DNA of 64,000 bases from Podarcis tiliguerta. Taxonomy: Eukaryota. Below, piece after piece: positions 32,350 through 45,100 of this stretch (the stretch's first letter is position 1; each line of letters starts with the position of its first letter). Made by a program: the position numbers and the translations under genes. Where the stretch lies: the NCBI GenBank assembly GCA_965153285.1, contig OZ229112.1; one strand, 5' to 3'. Under the pieces are notes generated by a model that ran no database searches, was not told the origin of the DNA, and saw nothing but the letters and a program-made list of their open reading frames with translations.

Positions 32350-33660
32350 CATAATAGTCCAGGACAGAAGAAAATAGTTAAACTTACCAATGGCACATTT
32401 ATATAAGAGGACTCTGAATGCAGTTTACTAATAATGCATTTAACAAGACTTTAAACAAAGTTCCACAGCTGATGTTTGGAGTAAAAGGATAGTGTAATTG
32501 TTACCATAGAATAGCTTGCTGTTTCATGGTCAGCATAGGAATTTCTTAGTCCAAATTCAGCAGAGAAAGGTAAACTGGCACATCTGTCCTATGGGAAAGG
32601 CATAGTTCCTGTTCAGAGTGCAGATGCCTTTCAGAGGAAAATCTAGCTGCCATGTCAGATAATCAACCCACCTTTTATGTAAATATATCTAGAGCCCTTC
32701 ACTTGCAGCCATTTAGCAAGGATAAATACCATAATTTTAAAGGTTGGGAAGAAGTTGGCCCATTCCAGATAAGGAACTTTTAACTGGGTGTAAGACCCAC
32801 ATAAGGAGACCTATCTGAAGAACAATTAGCTGAATGAAGTTACACTTGCTTTCAAATCCATCAAGGTAGACAATTTACAACCATCCTGGAAATTGCTCCT
32901 CAAGTGACCAGATCTCTCACGCTAATGGAAAGTTTAATTGCTCAAGCCACAAACCTTAGGAAAGTCTTGTTATTGGATAGACATGAAATATTGGAGGTGG
33001 AAATGCTAGGGTCATATGAGAGTCTGCAGAAAACATGGGAACAAGACCTATGAAGAAATGTTGAGAGCAATTGAAAAAGTCTCTGGAGAAAACTACCTTT
33101 TAAATCAGTATCAGCAAGGATTACAGAAAAATCTGTTAAAGTGGTATTCAAATGATACCTCATTCTACATACACTTAATAACAGAATCCTCTTCCCCAGA
33201 GGGTCGAAGAGGTGTAGAGAATGAAGAACAATGTTCCATATGTGGTGGCCATGTGAAAAGGTCACACTTTGGGGGAGATAAAATAACAAACCAGACAAGT
33301 ACACCAGATTCAAAGCTAGTTTTAATGATGGTTTTTGATGATAACTTGAAGACTGTAAGGCATGAAGAGTTTATTGACTGCTGCCAGATTGGTAATAGTG
33401 AGATATTGGAAAGAATCATGTCCTAGTATGTTGGAGACATGGTATCAGGAATTGTGGAAGATTCAAAAGTTAACACAAAAGTTTAGAGCCATGCATAAGG
33501 GGGAAACTACAGATGATCCCCATACTATTTGGAGTAGCTGTGCAGCAAAGACTGAACACAACTGCAATCCACCCATCATGCATAGGAATCTATGGAAACT
33601 CACATCTGCAAGTATTGAATGCTAATTCAAATATGTACCAATGAGTGACTAAAAAAAAAT
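32350..33660 (+). mobile_element. L1-clade LINE ORF2 C-terminal fragment, decayed
   Basis: Frameshifted motifs TMFHMWWPCEKV (cysteine-rich domain) and AARLVIVRYWK..W.QELWK..W; A-run at 33651. Confidence 0.75.
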
Positions 33661-34179
33661 AACGCAATTATATAATTAACTGGATGAAATAATGCTAAGT
33701 TCGTGGCCTACAACATTGGTTTCCAGCTAAATTTTGTTTGAGACCATTGCTGAAGTTTTTAATGTAAAGTTGCTGCCAAGCTGCAGGTTGCCACATCTTC
33801 TGTTGCACTTAGCATTTTAACTGTTCTTACTGAAGCAAACCTAGACCAATGTTACTTTTAGAGTCCTGAATGGTTGCTATATAATCATACATGAGGGAGA
33901 TATTGCCAATTTTCTGAATAGGGTTGCAATCCCAACTGCAACATTCGTGGGTATGGCAACATGGATTCTGAGCCATTGTATGTGTGGGGAGAACATCTTC
34001 AAGAAAAATTGTGCCCCAATATTGTATCAGAAATCTCCCATGGAAAACTTGGTTCCTCCCCTACTAACAAACTGTTTGAACTAAACTCCATCTACGAGCT
34101 TTTGCAGCATACAGGAGCTCCAAAAGGTGCAAAAAGCACTAATACTGAGCCACAGTGAACTCTGCCATGCATAACAGGA

Positions 34180-34195
34180 TTGCCACCTAGTGGAC
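34180..34195 (-). promoter_or_regulatory. Candidate CTCF site
   Basis: Minus strand CCACTAGGTGGCA matches the CTCF core CCASYAGRKGGCR. Confidence 0.55.
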
Positions 34196-37100
34196 TGCTG
34201 CTGTGACAAGGAATCTCAAGATCTCAGCAATTCTGAACCATATAAGCTGTTTTTAGGCAAACTGATGTCTCACGTGTCTATTTTCTCTGACTGCTTGTAG
34301 CTAAACAACAGTAATCAGTGCAGGTCTAAAATAAAGAAAAAGGTTGCTGACATTTCCACTTGTAAAAAATGACTGCAGTGTTTTCAAGTTGTAAGAAATA
34401 TATATCTTCCACACTTTAATTCCACACGGGTTTTAATATTTAACATATGCATAATGGAACTTGCCAACTGACCAGATAAGTACAGTATTAGCTTGGCCTG
34501 GCCATCTGCTTTACCAGTAGTCTTTAGTGTTAACTTTTGGTTATTTTTAATCCTGAAGCTGTACGTATTTATGCTGCTGGTAGTGGTAAATATTTATAAT
34601 GAGGGTTTTTTAAATAACTATTTTAAAAATGTGAGTTGTTCTGATAGCATGGAGTTCAACTATTTGTAATTTATAATATTCACGGCATTAGCCTTATTAT
34701 GGAGACCAACCAGTAAGTGACTCCCACAATACATATACCCCACTGTATGGAAAACATAATAGTCCCTAATATATATAAGTTGTTCATCACTGGTTTAGAT
34801 TATATGTCCAATCATATGTAGATATTGCATTGATTTGAATGTGCCTAGTTTTTTCAAAAGGGTTAATCTTTGGATTGTAGAGGTTCTGCTTCTAAAACGC
34901 CCTGAGCACTTTTGCCAATCTGTTGAGAATATACAGATGAATATATAAGCCTGCCTATCCTCCCGTCCAGACTCATGCACCCAGCTGCAGTAAAGAGATA
35001 ACAGTTCTTCCATGAAATCACAACATTGCTATTATTAAGTTTTGATCCCCGCCTATGCCAGAGAAGGAATAAGGCCTCAGTCCTATGCCCATATACTTGG
35101 AAGAAAATCCTGTTGAATTCAGTAGAGCTCTCTTCAAGCACAACAAAAGAGTCACATGGCAAGTTAAAGATGAACACATTTATTACAGCATAAGCATTTA
35201 TGGCTTAAGAGTCCTGATGTGTTATCTATCCTGAGCTGGCCCCAAAATTATATACAATGGACATATGGGTGTAATGAAGAAAAATGTAAACTGAAAAGCC
35301 AAATGGCAATGAAATGCAAAAAGTACGGGCTGTTATCACGACTTACTGCTGTTGGAAACGACCACTGTACTCATTCTGAATACATTTCAGTTTTTCACAG
35401 TCTGTATTTTTAAATTTTCCATTCCCATCTTTTTCTCTCTCTACACTTATGTTTATTCCTGCCAACTGAGGCTAACACTTCAGGCAGCTGAAGTGGTCTC
35501 TACTCCACAAAAGCTTATGCTAGAATAAATCTGTTATTATTTAAGGTGCTTCAAGATTCTTCAGTGTTTTTGCTGCAACGCACTGTCTGGAACAACGATA
35601 GGAAACCTGTGACACTCTGGATGTTGTTGAACTACAACCCCCATAATTCTTGACTCTTGGCCATGCTGGCCAGGGTTGATGGGAGTTGAAGTCCAACAAC
35701 ATCCGGAGGGCTACAGATTCCCCTTCTCCCCTTTGGACATTTCTCAAAGTAAACATGGTAGAGCTGGTCTGTAGGCAGAGCAGGCTAAACATTAAGAACC
35801 AGCTTTTGATGGAGAGGGAAAGCACCAGATAAAAGTCTAGAAAGAACCAGTATGTCAATCAGGCCTGTTGAGAGGAATTAAAGGAGTGTAGTGGGACTTA
35901 CTTCCATGTAAGCAGATATAGCAGGGGTGGGGAACCCTGATCTAGCTAGTGAGCTGGTGGGTGGTTACTTCAAGCCTGCTTTCTTCAGGGATTAGTTGCA
36001 GGATCAAGTTCCCCATGGGGAACTTGGTCATGCAGCTGATCTTGCTGCATCTCTAACTTGGTTTTTGGACTACAACTCCCATCATCCCTAGCTAGCAGGA
36101 CCAGTGGTCAGGGATGATGGGAACTGTAGTCCAAAAACAACTGGAGACCCAAGTTTGGAAAGTCCTTCTCTAGCTGCTCCACACCTAATGACACCTGACA
36201 CCAGGCATGGAACAAGTGGGCATGGCTTGGGGTAAGTGGCCATTTGGCCTTCTCCAAATTGGGAACTGTGGCAGGCCAAATTTGGTCAGTGAACTGGAGG
36301 TTCCCCCCCCCCCGGTATATAGGATTACAGCCAAAGTGTCTTGTCCTACTTCGTCAACCACTTCTCTGAAGCAGCACAGACCTATATTTTCCACATTTCT
36401 GTCTTCAGCCGTGACAGAAGCCTCTTTTGCCATTGAGTAGTATGTAAACAAATAAATCTTTATTATGGGTATTGGAGCAACCCTCTTTTTTCTTTACAAG
36501 CAGTTCTGCTTTCTGTGCTGGAGCTTCTAGTAGAATTCTGGTGACCAGCACTCTCATCGTCCACAAAGCACTACTCCTGGAGGCAATGAAGTAGATGAGC
36601 ACAGAAAGGTTTATTTCAAAACAATCCACTTTTGAGTTTAGTGAGTGAGTGAGTGAAGGAAGGGAAGGACCTTGCCTGTAATGGAACAACCCGCCCACCC
36701 TTTTCTCCTTTCTTAAAAGTGTCTTAGCAGATGGGCGGCAGTGGTGGTGGTGGGGGGGGCTGGCTAAAGAGTTCATAAAATCCTATCAGAAAGTCATCTT
36801 CACCTAGAACTCAGAAATTTTATAGCTTCTTTTTATGTCTTCCTCCGCTATGGGAACTAATTTCCTGAGGAATTGCAGGCATTTCCAATTTGTTTGAAAG
36901 ATCTAGAATCTGTGTGTACATGTCTGAATCAAGAGAGACAACACAGATGACTGAAGTTAACTCATGCAACAGGTGACCTGTGGGAAGGATGAAATTATAT
37001 TATGGGTTTTGCTGTTGTTCATCTTAAACCGGGGTGTCAAAACAGAGCCGTTTCTTTGCTATAACAAGTGAATAATGCTTTCTTTTGTAGGCACAAGTCT

Positions 37101-37618
37101 CACCATATTGCTTATATGTAGAGAAAAGCAACAAAAATAAAAGATCATGTGCATAACTGCTTTCTCTGTGGAAACTTTAATATTTTGAATGACCCACAGT
37201 AAAGAAGCACATCCAGCAGTGCAGTCTGATCTGCTAAATCTCATTATCAGCTGGTTGCACAATACCCCTCTTTGATGAAGATTGTTATACCTTCTCTGTT
37301 GGAAAAACTTGTTTTTCTGGTCTCTCTTCCTTCTGAACTAGCTGTTGTCTGTGTTTACTTGATCCTGCCCCATCTTCAAAAAAAGAAGTTGTCTAATTTT
37401 GATATTTGTGGTTGACAAGCCATACCTTGTGGCATTAAAAGACAGACCTCTTGTGGGCATCTGGTTGTCTACTGTGAGAACACATTACTAGATGGACAGA
37501 TGCAGCAAGGTTCTTCTCGTGTTATATATTTGCATGACCTTAACCTTTAGGCCAAACACACAAGAGCTACTTTGGTTGCAAAACCACAAATCTCAACACG
37601 TGGATCTGAGAGAGCTTG

Positions 37619-39171
37619 TTAATGGAAGCTAATACATCTTTGGGAGCCGCCCATCCTTCCTAGAAAAGGCTCCTTGGATGTGTTTGTAAGTGGGCAGCTT
37701 CGCCAGGTCCCTCAGGGAGGCTACAGCGGCTTGTTCCTCATTATTTTCATCACCACTCTCTTGATGTTACTGGTATTCACTTGGCCAATCGAGACGCAGA
37801 GCTCAGGGGTAGCTTCCTCATGCCAGTTGCCAACACCTGCTTTCTGACATCCTCAAAAATAACTGGCTGAGACTCCAGGTTCGTCATCAGCATGGACTGC
37901 AACTCACTCAAGTTCATGGAACTTTTCTCACTCAAGTTCAACCTCTCCAATGGCTCCTGCCATTAAAATGAATTCCCAGGTGATTATTTCCACAGTTCTC
38001 AAACCTGCCTGGGGTCTGTGCTGGCATGGATGCATGGGAGGCCTGCATCTTCATAGCTGTGATGGTTTAAAAAAAAGGTAAAGGACCCCTGACAGTTAAC
38101 TCAGGGGTTGCGGAGCTCATCTTGCTTTACAAGCCAAGGGAGCCGGCGTTTGTCCGCAGTTTTTCCAGGTCATGACTAAGCTGCTTCTGGCACAACAGAA
38201 CACCGAAACCAGAGCAGCGCATGGAAATGCCATCTACCTTCCCGCCGGAGCGGTGCCTATTTCTCTACTTGCATTTTTTGGCATGCTTTTGAACTGCTAG
38301 ATTGGCAGAAGCTGGGACTGAGCAACGGGAGCTCACCCCGTCGGGTCAATCGGCAGGCCCAAGTGTCTCAGTGGTTTAGACCACAGCGCCACCCGCGTCC
38401 TGCTAGTTGTGGTGGGTGGTGGCAGTGTACAGCCAGTGATGCTGGTTGAGCACATTGAGATACAACTGGGTAAACATGCCTTTGCCTGGCCCCCCAACGG
38501 AAAAGGACCCGCCTCCTCCCAGCAACATGTTGAGGATGGCAAAGGGGATAAAGTCTTCCTCCAGCCCAAGTTTCCAGCCCAATCATGATGTGGGTCAACT
38601 CTAAGATGGGGGTGGGCCCCAAACTCACACCTCCAGCTCAAAGCGGACTGCCATGTGCACCATCTCAATCTCCTCATCCGATAATCTGGGCTGTAGCCCA
38701 GACGGACAACAGTGTCCAGGCCTCTGGCATCGGCTGAAATGGCATACATGGTGGTGTCCCTTGACACCTGACAATCATAGATGTCACCATGCTGCTCCAA
38801 AGTGAGGAGGATCATGTCCTTACTGCCAAACTGAGCTGTAGAAGAAAAGGCAAGCTTTTCGAGAAAGCGTGAAATGTCACTGGTATGTTTTGCTTCATAT
38901 CTTGAGCCTTAATTTATAAGAATCCCAACTGTGCAGAACTGTCCAAATATGTTCTGAGAAGCCACCTGCATCCTGTTCACCAGGGTGATCACTTTGGTTT
39001 CAAAGTTCTCTTGGCCATCAATGGTGGCAAAGACTGGCTTTGGCACTCCAGGGAGAGGAGCTGCCAGGGGAATGCTGGGATAGCTTCCACCACTGTGTAT
39101 TTCCTGTATGCAACTATTCCAAACCTCCGTGCAGAGCTCCAGATGCCCTGACCAACCACCTTGGCCGCCAT
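37619..39171 (-). pseudogene. PMPCA: Processed pseudogene of mitochondrial-processing peptidase alpha subunit
   Basis: Intronless pieces: [18 protein letters not shown].., [130 protein letters not shown] (glycine-rich loop), [30 protein letters not shown]. Disabled by an in-frame TAA at 38909-38911, several frameshifts, a large deletion and a SINE insertion. Confidence 0.95.
38069..38401 (-). mobile_element. Sauria SINE (Squam1-type) inserted in the PMPCA retrocopy
   Basis: Minus-strand head AGGACGCGGGTGGCGCTGTGGTCTAAACCACTGAG and ..CCTTTACCTTTT tail; flanked by a ~12-bp degenerate TSD CCAYCACARCTA taken from the HHSY codons. Confidence 0.9.
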
Positions 39172-42100
39172 ATTGGCTTCTCCTCCCGGCAAGGGTGGAG
39201 AGGTGTGAGTCACGCAAGGCAAATGTGGATTGGCCAGTTGAGGACAACAGTGTGGATTGGCCAGTGGCTGGCTTAAGGGGCAGAGCTGAAGTCAGCTGAT
39301 TCAAGAGAGGAGGGAGGAGGTGAGAGTAAAAAGGAAGGGAGAATAAAGTCCCCACTTGACACTTCCCGATCTCTTTCTACAACTTTTCTAATTTCCAGTA
39401 GCAGATCTTTCCCAAATCACATGCAAGTTAATGGGATGCTAAAAGGACTAGATTGGCTGCCAAGAAATCCCTTCTAGAATACTTCACTCCTAAGGGAAGC
39501 ATACTTTGAGCCTTCTTTAAAGCTCCATCAGTGTGGAATAGCTGTAGTTAGAAAAATTGAATAGATTCTTCTCCCTCTCACTGGAAGCAAGGCTCCATTC
39601 CATTCTCTATTACATTTGTACAATTACCATACGACTGTTGTTGGTTCAGGGTTAGCAGCATGGTACAGGAAGGTGTGGGGAGTTGCTCTCATTGCATCAG
39701 AGTTATAATAGTGCACTTGCACCCCAGCATAATTTCTGCTGGGAAGGTCTGGTGGCACAATTTTACTCATGCTCAAGTTCAGATGAACTAACAGCCTTGG
39801 GGTCAGAAAGCAATTTTCTCCAGGTCACACTGGGTGGCGGAGGGATGGCTCCTTCTGTAGCCTTTGGCTTGATTAATTGGGGGTTATCTGCACTCTGGAG
39901 GAAGCTTGCTTTGCAAAAGCTGGCAGTGAAAAGAAGCAGAACCAAATATTTTTTAGTCAAAGCCTTGTTGTCGGCAGGGGTGGGTGGGATCTCTAGGTTT
40001 TCTTTTTCAGCACATGTGCTAAAAATGTGTTTTAGGAGATGAGACTGACATGCAGAGAGCCCATGAAAATTCAAGCCCGAGACCAATCCCCTTTCTCAAA
40101 GCAGTCATCCTCCAGTGCAGCTAGGAGAAAGAGGGAGAGAAGTTGGCTGGCTTTTAAAAATAACTTGCTTTCAATGGGGAATTTCTAGAATACAACAGTT
40201 GGAAAGGAGGACCTGCCTCATTCTCCATAAGCGCCAAATTTGGCTAGCATCTGTGTCAAACAGCAGAAAGAACATGCTGTATTGGAGGAGAATAAACAGT
40301 GTTTATGCTAATTTCCTATCCGAATTGTTTTGTATCTGACAGAACCCATTAGTCTGAAGAATGAGATAAAGACAGATAATAACAAACTGAGCCAATCACT
40401 AGTTGCCTAATCCAATAAAAGTCACCTCCGTCTCCCTTTCAGAATTTTCACTACCAAGCAAAACAAATGCAGTCACTGCACTCTCCGGCAGACTGCACAG
40501 ATTAATGCCCTGTACTGGGAGTGATGGAGAAGTGATTCCTTCATTGGCCATAAGAATGGACCATAAGCAATAAACATATTATAAAAACTGGACCCACCCA
40601 GCACGAAGAACAGCCTGCTTCATTTCCTCCAAACCAATAAATTTCCAATAAACTTACATTTTCCCCTGCGTGAAATGGAAGAGCCACAGGACTGAGTTTT
40701 AGTGGATCTAACCATGTTGCATCCTGTTTGTCTTTTCTGGCATTTTCCCTCCTTAGCTACACCTCTTGCTAAGCACATCTGCAATCTGTGGTCCTATTCA
40801 TGTGACATAGTCATCACTTCATGACTGGAATGACTTGCATTTGTGAAAGAGCCATCACAAATTAACCAACACTGATTGAGGTTTCATATCACAGCAGAAA
40901 AATAGTATTTCCTACACTGAGATAGTTCACATGTTGAGATACAAATTGAGTGTTGAGTAATTAGTTGGTGTGCATGATGTGTGAACTGATAAACCAGTGG
41001 CTTCTATTTGAAGAGCATACTGAACTGTTTTCAGTCTCATTTTTCAGGACAGAACAAACCAGACAACATATTCTCTCACACAGGGAGAGTACCTGCATAG
41101 GGCTAGTACCTGTGTTGTAGTATTTATGTGTACATCATATTTTAATTTCTGTTTTATCTTATTAATTCTGATCCTATGGCATGTAGCTTGGTTCTCTTGT
41201 TTGAGTCAGAGATATCTGCTTAGCAGGAAACATTCTGGGTTATGTTTACTTTCTGCTTGTGTGGTATACCATGGTCTGGATAGTGTTGGGCATTAGTGGT
41301 TTTCTCTTAAGTTGGCACTTGGACTTGTGAACTCCATTTCAAATGGACGGACAGAACTTGCTTCAAAATGGTCTCATGTCCTCCAGAGATATTCACATCC
41401 CCCAAAAGTGTGTTTATATGATGGAGTCAACTTGGCTTAACAGTAAATCTTCTATGTCAGGGAACCCTAGTTTTGAGAGGAGGGTTAGGAAAGAATTTTC
41501 ATGGTCCTCATCAAGCATTCCCCGGAATTATTTTTATAGAATGCAATGCTATTAAGCCAGTACAAAACCAATAAATGTCTGTAGGGCAGACTGGTATGCA
41601 GGCTTGGAGTGTGGGGGTGGGGTGGGGTATTTTAGATTAGCCACAATCAATAGAGCAGACATGGTTCTGATATCCAAGGTTGTTCAATAACGATCATAAG
41701 CAAAATCCCTACACCATTCTAACTTCTGGGGGTGAGATGGGGAGAGAATATCAGTTACAGAAATGTGCATGTGTGAAATTGAGGAAATCAGATGAAATTG
41801 TAGAAGGCAGAACAAGGTAGGTGTGCCAACGCTAATGTTTTATGGAAAGAGACAGCAAGTCTTTAAGAGCTATAGGTTCCTCGAAGATCTTTCCATCCTG
41901 ACAATGCAACCATGGGAAAAGACACATCCTCTTTCCAGAACAATTGTAGCAGTGCTGGCTGGGCATCAAGGATTTCCAAGTGCTCACAGAAAACTCCTAG
42001 GCAAGTAAGCGTCATTCCACTAAATGCTGAACTTCCTTTCAATTTTAGGTATTAGAATAGACTACTTTGCTTGATTGAGAAGTTATAGAATCCGGTTTGG

Positions 42101-45100
42101 TTCCAGTTATGAAGGCAAGTGAAAATAATAAAATAAAATAAAATTTAAATTTCAAATACTTGTTTCCCAAAGATGGTCCAGAAAGACAGCTTTCCCTTTT
42201 CAAGGCAAAACAGGTCCAATATTGCAGTATAATTCATTCCTCTTGTATGTAATAATGACAGAGGAACATACAAGGCATTCCCGGGCCTCTAGATAACACA
42301 AAATAGGGACAACTATTTTTCAAGCGCAGGTACCAGAGAATAGGGACTGTCCCGATATATTTATATCCGTGTCCTCATTTGCCCCTGTCCAAATATGGAG
42401 CACAGGGAGCCCATCTGGAGCTGGTTTGAGATCTCCCTGTGCTGGTTCTGCCTTTGGTTGTGTCTTAGACAGCTTGTGTTCAAGAGTAAGTCATAAACAC
42501 CATCTTCTAATGGTCCCGTGGGCAGTGTTTTGACAAACATCTCCCTCCTACTCAGGGACAACACAGCTCATGCAGCTGCTCCTCTTGCCTCTGGTCTTCT
42601 GCTTTTGTCTTTGCCTTTTAATAAAATACTTATTTGGATTGTTCCCCTTTGCATTTCCCTTGCTATTTGTATAATGAGGGCAGACACTCGGGAAATATCT
42701 CCTTGCCTAAGGAGAGCTCTGTATTCCCCAGAAAATGAGACAGTCTATTGAGGCTTAATGTCCCAGGAGGCATATTCTTTTTGTAAATGCCTTCAACAGT
42801 CGCCATCAACATTGCTCTGCCATGCGGTTCTCCACTTTATTTAATATGCAGAGCTTACCACAGCTGGTTGTGTGCTTTAATTAACACCAGCTGATTTTGA
42901 TCCTAATATACTAATGAAACAATGCCTTTAAAAAAAAAACGTTTTTGAAGTTCGCATTTTACCATATCCATCTAAGTTTGGAACCAGCTATTGTAGTTCC
43001 GTTTAGCAAAGTACACTGAGTTAGTTCAAAAATCTCTGAACTACACCTGAAAGTAGTTTCCATAATTTCCAGGTGAACTATATATGAATTAAGTTCATTC
43101 TGGGGTAGAACGTTGATTGATTTTTAGTTCATCTTCAAATTCATTCACTTACTGTACATGTGTTGTTTACTCTTTAGACTCTTTTGGCCTTTAAAAATTA
43201 TAATTGTTGGGGGAACTTAAGTAAACAGTTCACATTCCACTGTGTGTATGTTTTGATGTTTCCTCGGGCTTTTAAAGAATATTTTAAACTTCAATACAGC
43301 AGCTTGTAACATTCTGAATGCTGGGGGGGGGGGGGGGAATGCAAATGATTTTTTTGATGAACTGTGAACCAAACATGTTAATTTTGTAAAGGGGTGAATA
43401 TGAACTAGAATTAGTTCCTTCTTTGATACCTTGAACTAGAATTATGTAGTTATTTTAAAAAATGAACTTTCCAGTCTCTGGGCATAACTGACTGAACTGT
43501 TCAGAAAGGTAAAAAAGTTAATGTACTTTCCATGAGCTTAAAACTGGAAATTTAGTATCTACATAGGCCCATTACTAGAAAATTTTGAAAAGGTAACATT
43601 CATACAAATAAATGGAAGAAAGAATGCCCTCAAATGGTTTTGATATTTTCGCATTACCTAGACAGCTAAAGCTTTGTACACATTTACCTCATAATAGTTG
43701 ATGTGTTTGTTCTTCAGTGAGATCAGCAAAGGTATTTTCATATTAGCTCGACAGCTGAAAACACTTAATGGTTTATCTCATGGGCTTACCTCATAATAAA
43801 AGTCAACACTCTAGTATAAAGCCATCCAAGTTGACTTCAGATAACAGCCAGAAATGAGTATCCATAGTTAGAATTACACAGAAACGTGGCTTCAAGCCAG
43901 ATATGCGCACACACACACACAGTGATAGGCTCTGCACAGTGTCCATGGTTGAACACTGCGAGGCAAAGTAGGTCCATGGCTCACAGGTTAAGAACACCTG
44001 CTCTAAGGCAAGCACAGGGTACAACTTCCAGCATTCATGCTAGCCAGGGCCACCCCCCACCCCCCACAGGAGGCTTATTTTGATCAAAATCGAGTACACA
44101 CTTCTGGTAAATGAGCCACCATACAAGCAAAAGGGCTGTGAAAATTTGGGTCCAGGGCCTTTCAGATTCATCTACCCATGCACTATCTGAAATGGGGTGC
44201 ATTCATTGCCATATGTGTCCCCCCCCCCAGCTCTCCTACCTCACTGTTCATTCTCCTTGCTGTTCCCAGAGTGAATGAAATCATTTTGCAGTCAACTGTA
44301 TGCCTATGCAGAGGTGGCTGCAGCTGATGGTTCTCTGATCTTGCAATATTTTGTAATCTTTCTAGAAGGCTCCCTCCCCCATTCCAGTCCTTTAAGGGTT
44401 TTTTCTTTCTTTTTCTATTTAGTTTTAGGTCCTGTGATTTAAAGCAGCCTTCTCAAGGGTTGGGCCAATATGTAGTAACCATGGAAATCTAGACAATATG
44501 AAAGTGGCAAAGAGCCACCGTCTCTTTATCCTCCCTATAAGTCCTGTGTCAAATGGAACTCAGCCAGCCCAGAGCTAATCAAGGAGTCAGAGAGTTTCCC
44601 AAAACCAAAGAGTTTCAATAGTGAGGTATGCAGAGGGTGAACTGAGGACACATTTTGCAGCTGAACTTCTGAGTTTCGTAGGTTTCTTTCGTTTATTTAA
44701 TTTTTGGGTCAGTTTAAGCCAGATTCTGGATGTTAATGTCGTTGTTTTGTGTGTGAAGTATGTGCTCTGTGTGCCAGACCACATGCCCTGGAACCAGTAA
44801 CTCATAAAAATGTCTTCCATTTTAAAGGTAATGGCAGTTATTCTGTAGATGGGGCGATGCTTAAAAGAGCTTCAGGCTGCTGCTATTACCTCAGAGAAGG
44901 TAAAGATGATGAGGACTGATCCTGGATAACCACATATCATAGGGTGAAACAACTTGTCAGACAGTTTCTCAGTTATTTCTCTGGCCACCTGCAATCCTTT
45001 CACCACTGCTCCTTGAAATCCACATCCCCAAGGCTTAGGAATTTCTTTTCCTAATTCAGAAGCTGAACAGACCTTGCCTTAACTTCCTTCACAATGTAGG

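Noticed and set aside
33016-33625. 136-aa and 87-aa ORFs with a CxxC motif as a new zinc-finger gene
   Set aside because: Out-of-frame readings of a decayed L1 ORF2 C-terminus.
38333-39355. Novel protein-coding genes (160-aa and 148-aa ORFs)
   Set aside because: Frameshifted pieces of the PMPCA retrocopy running into SINE or flanking sequence.
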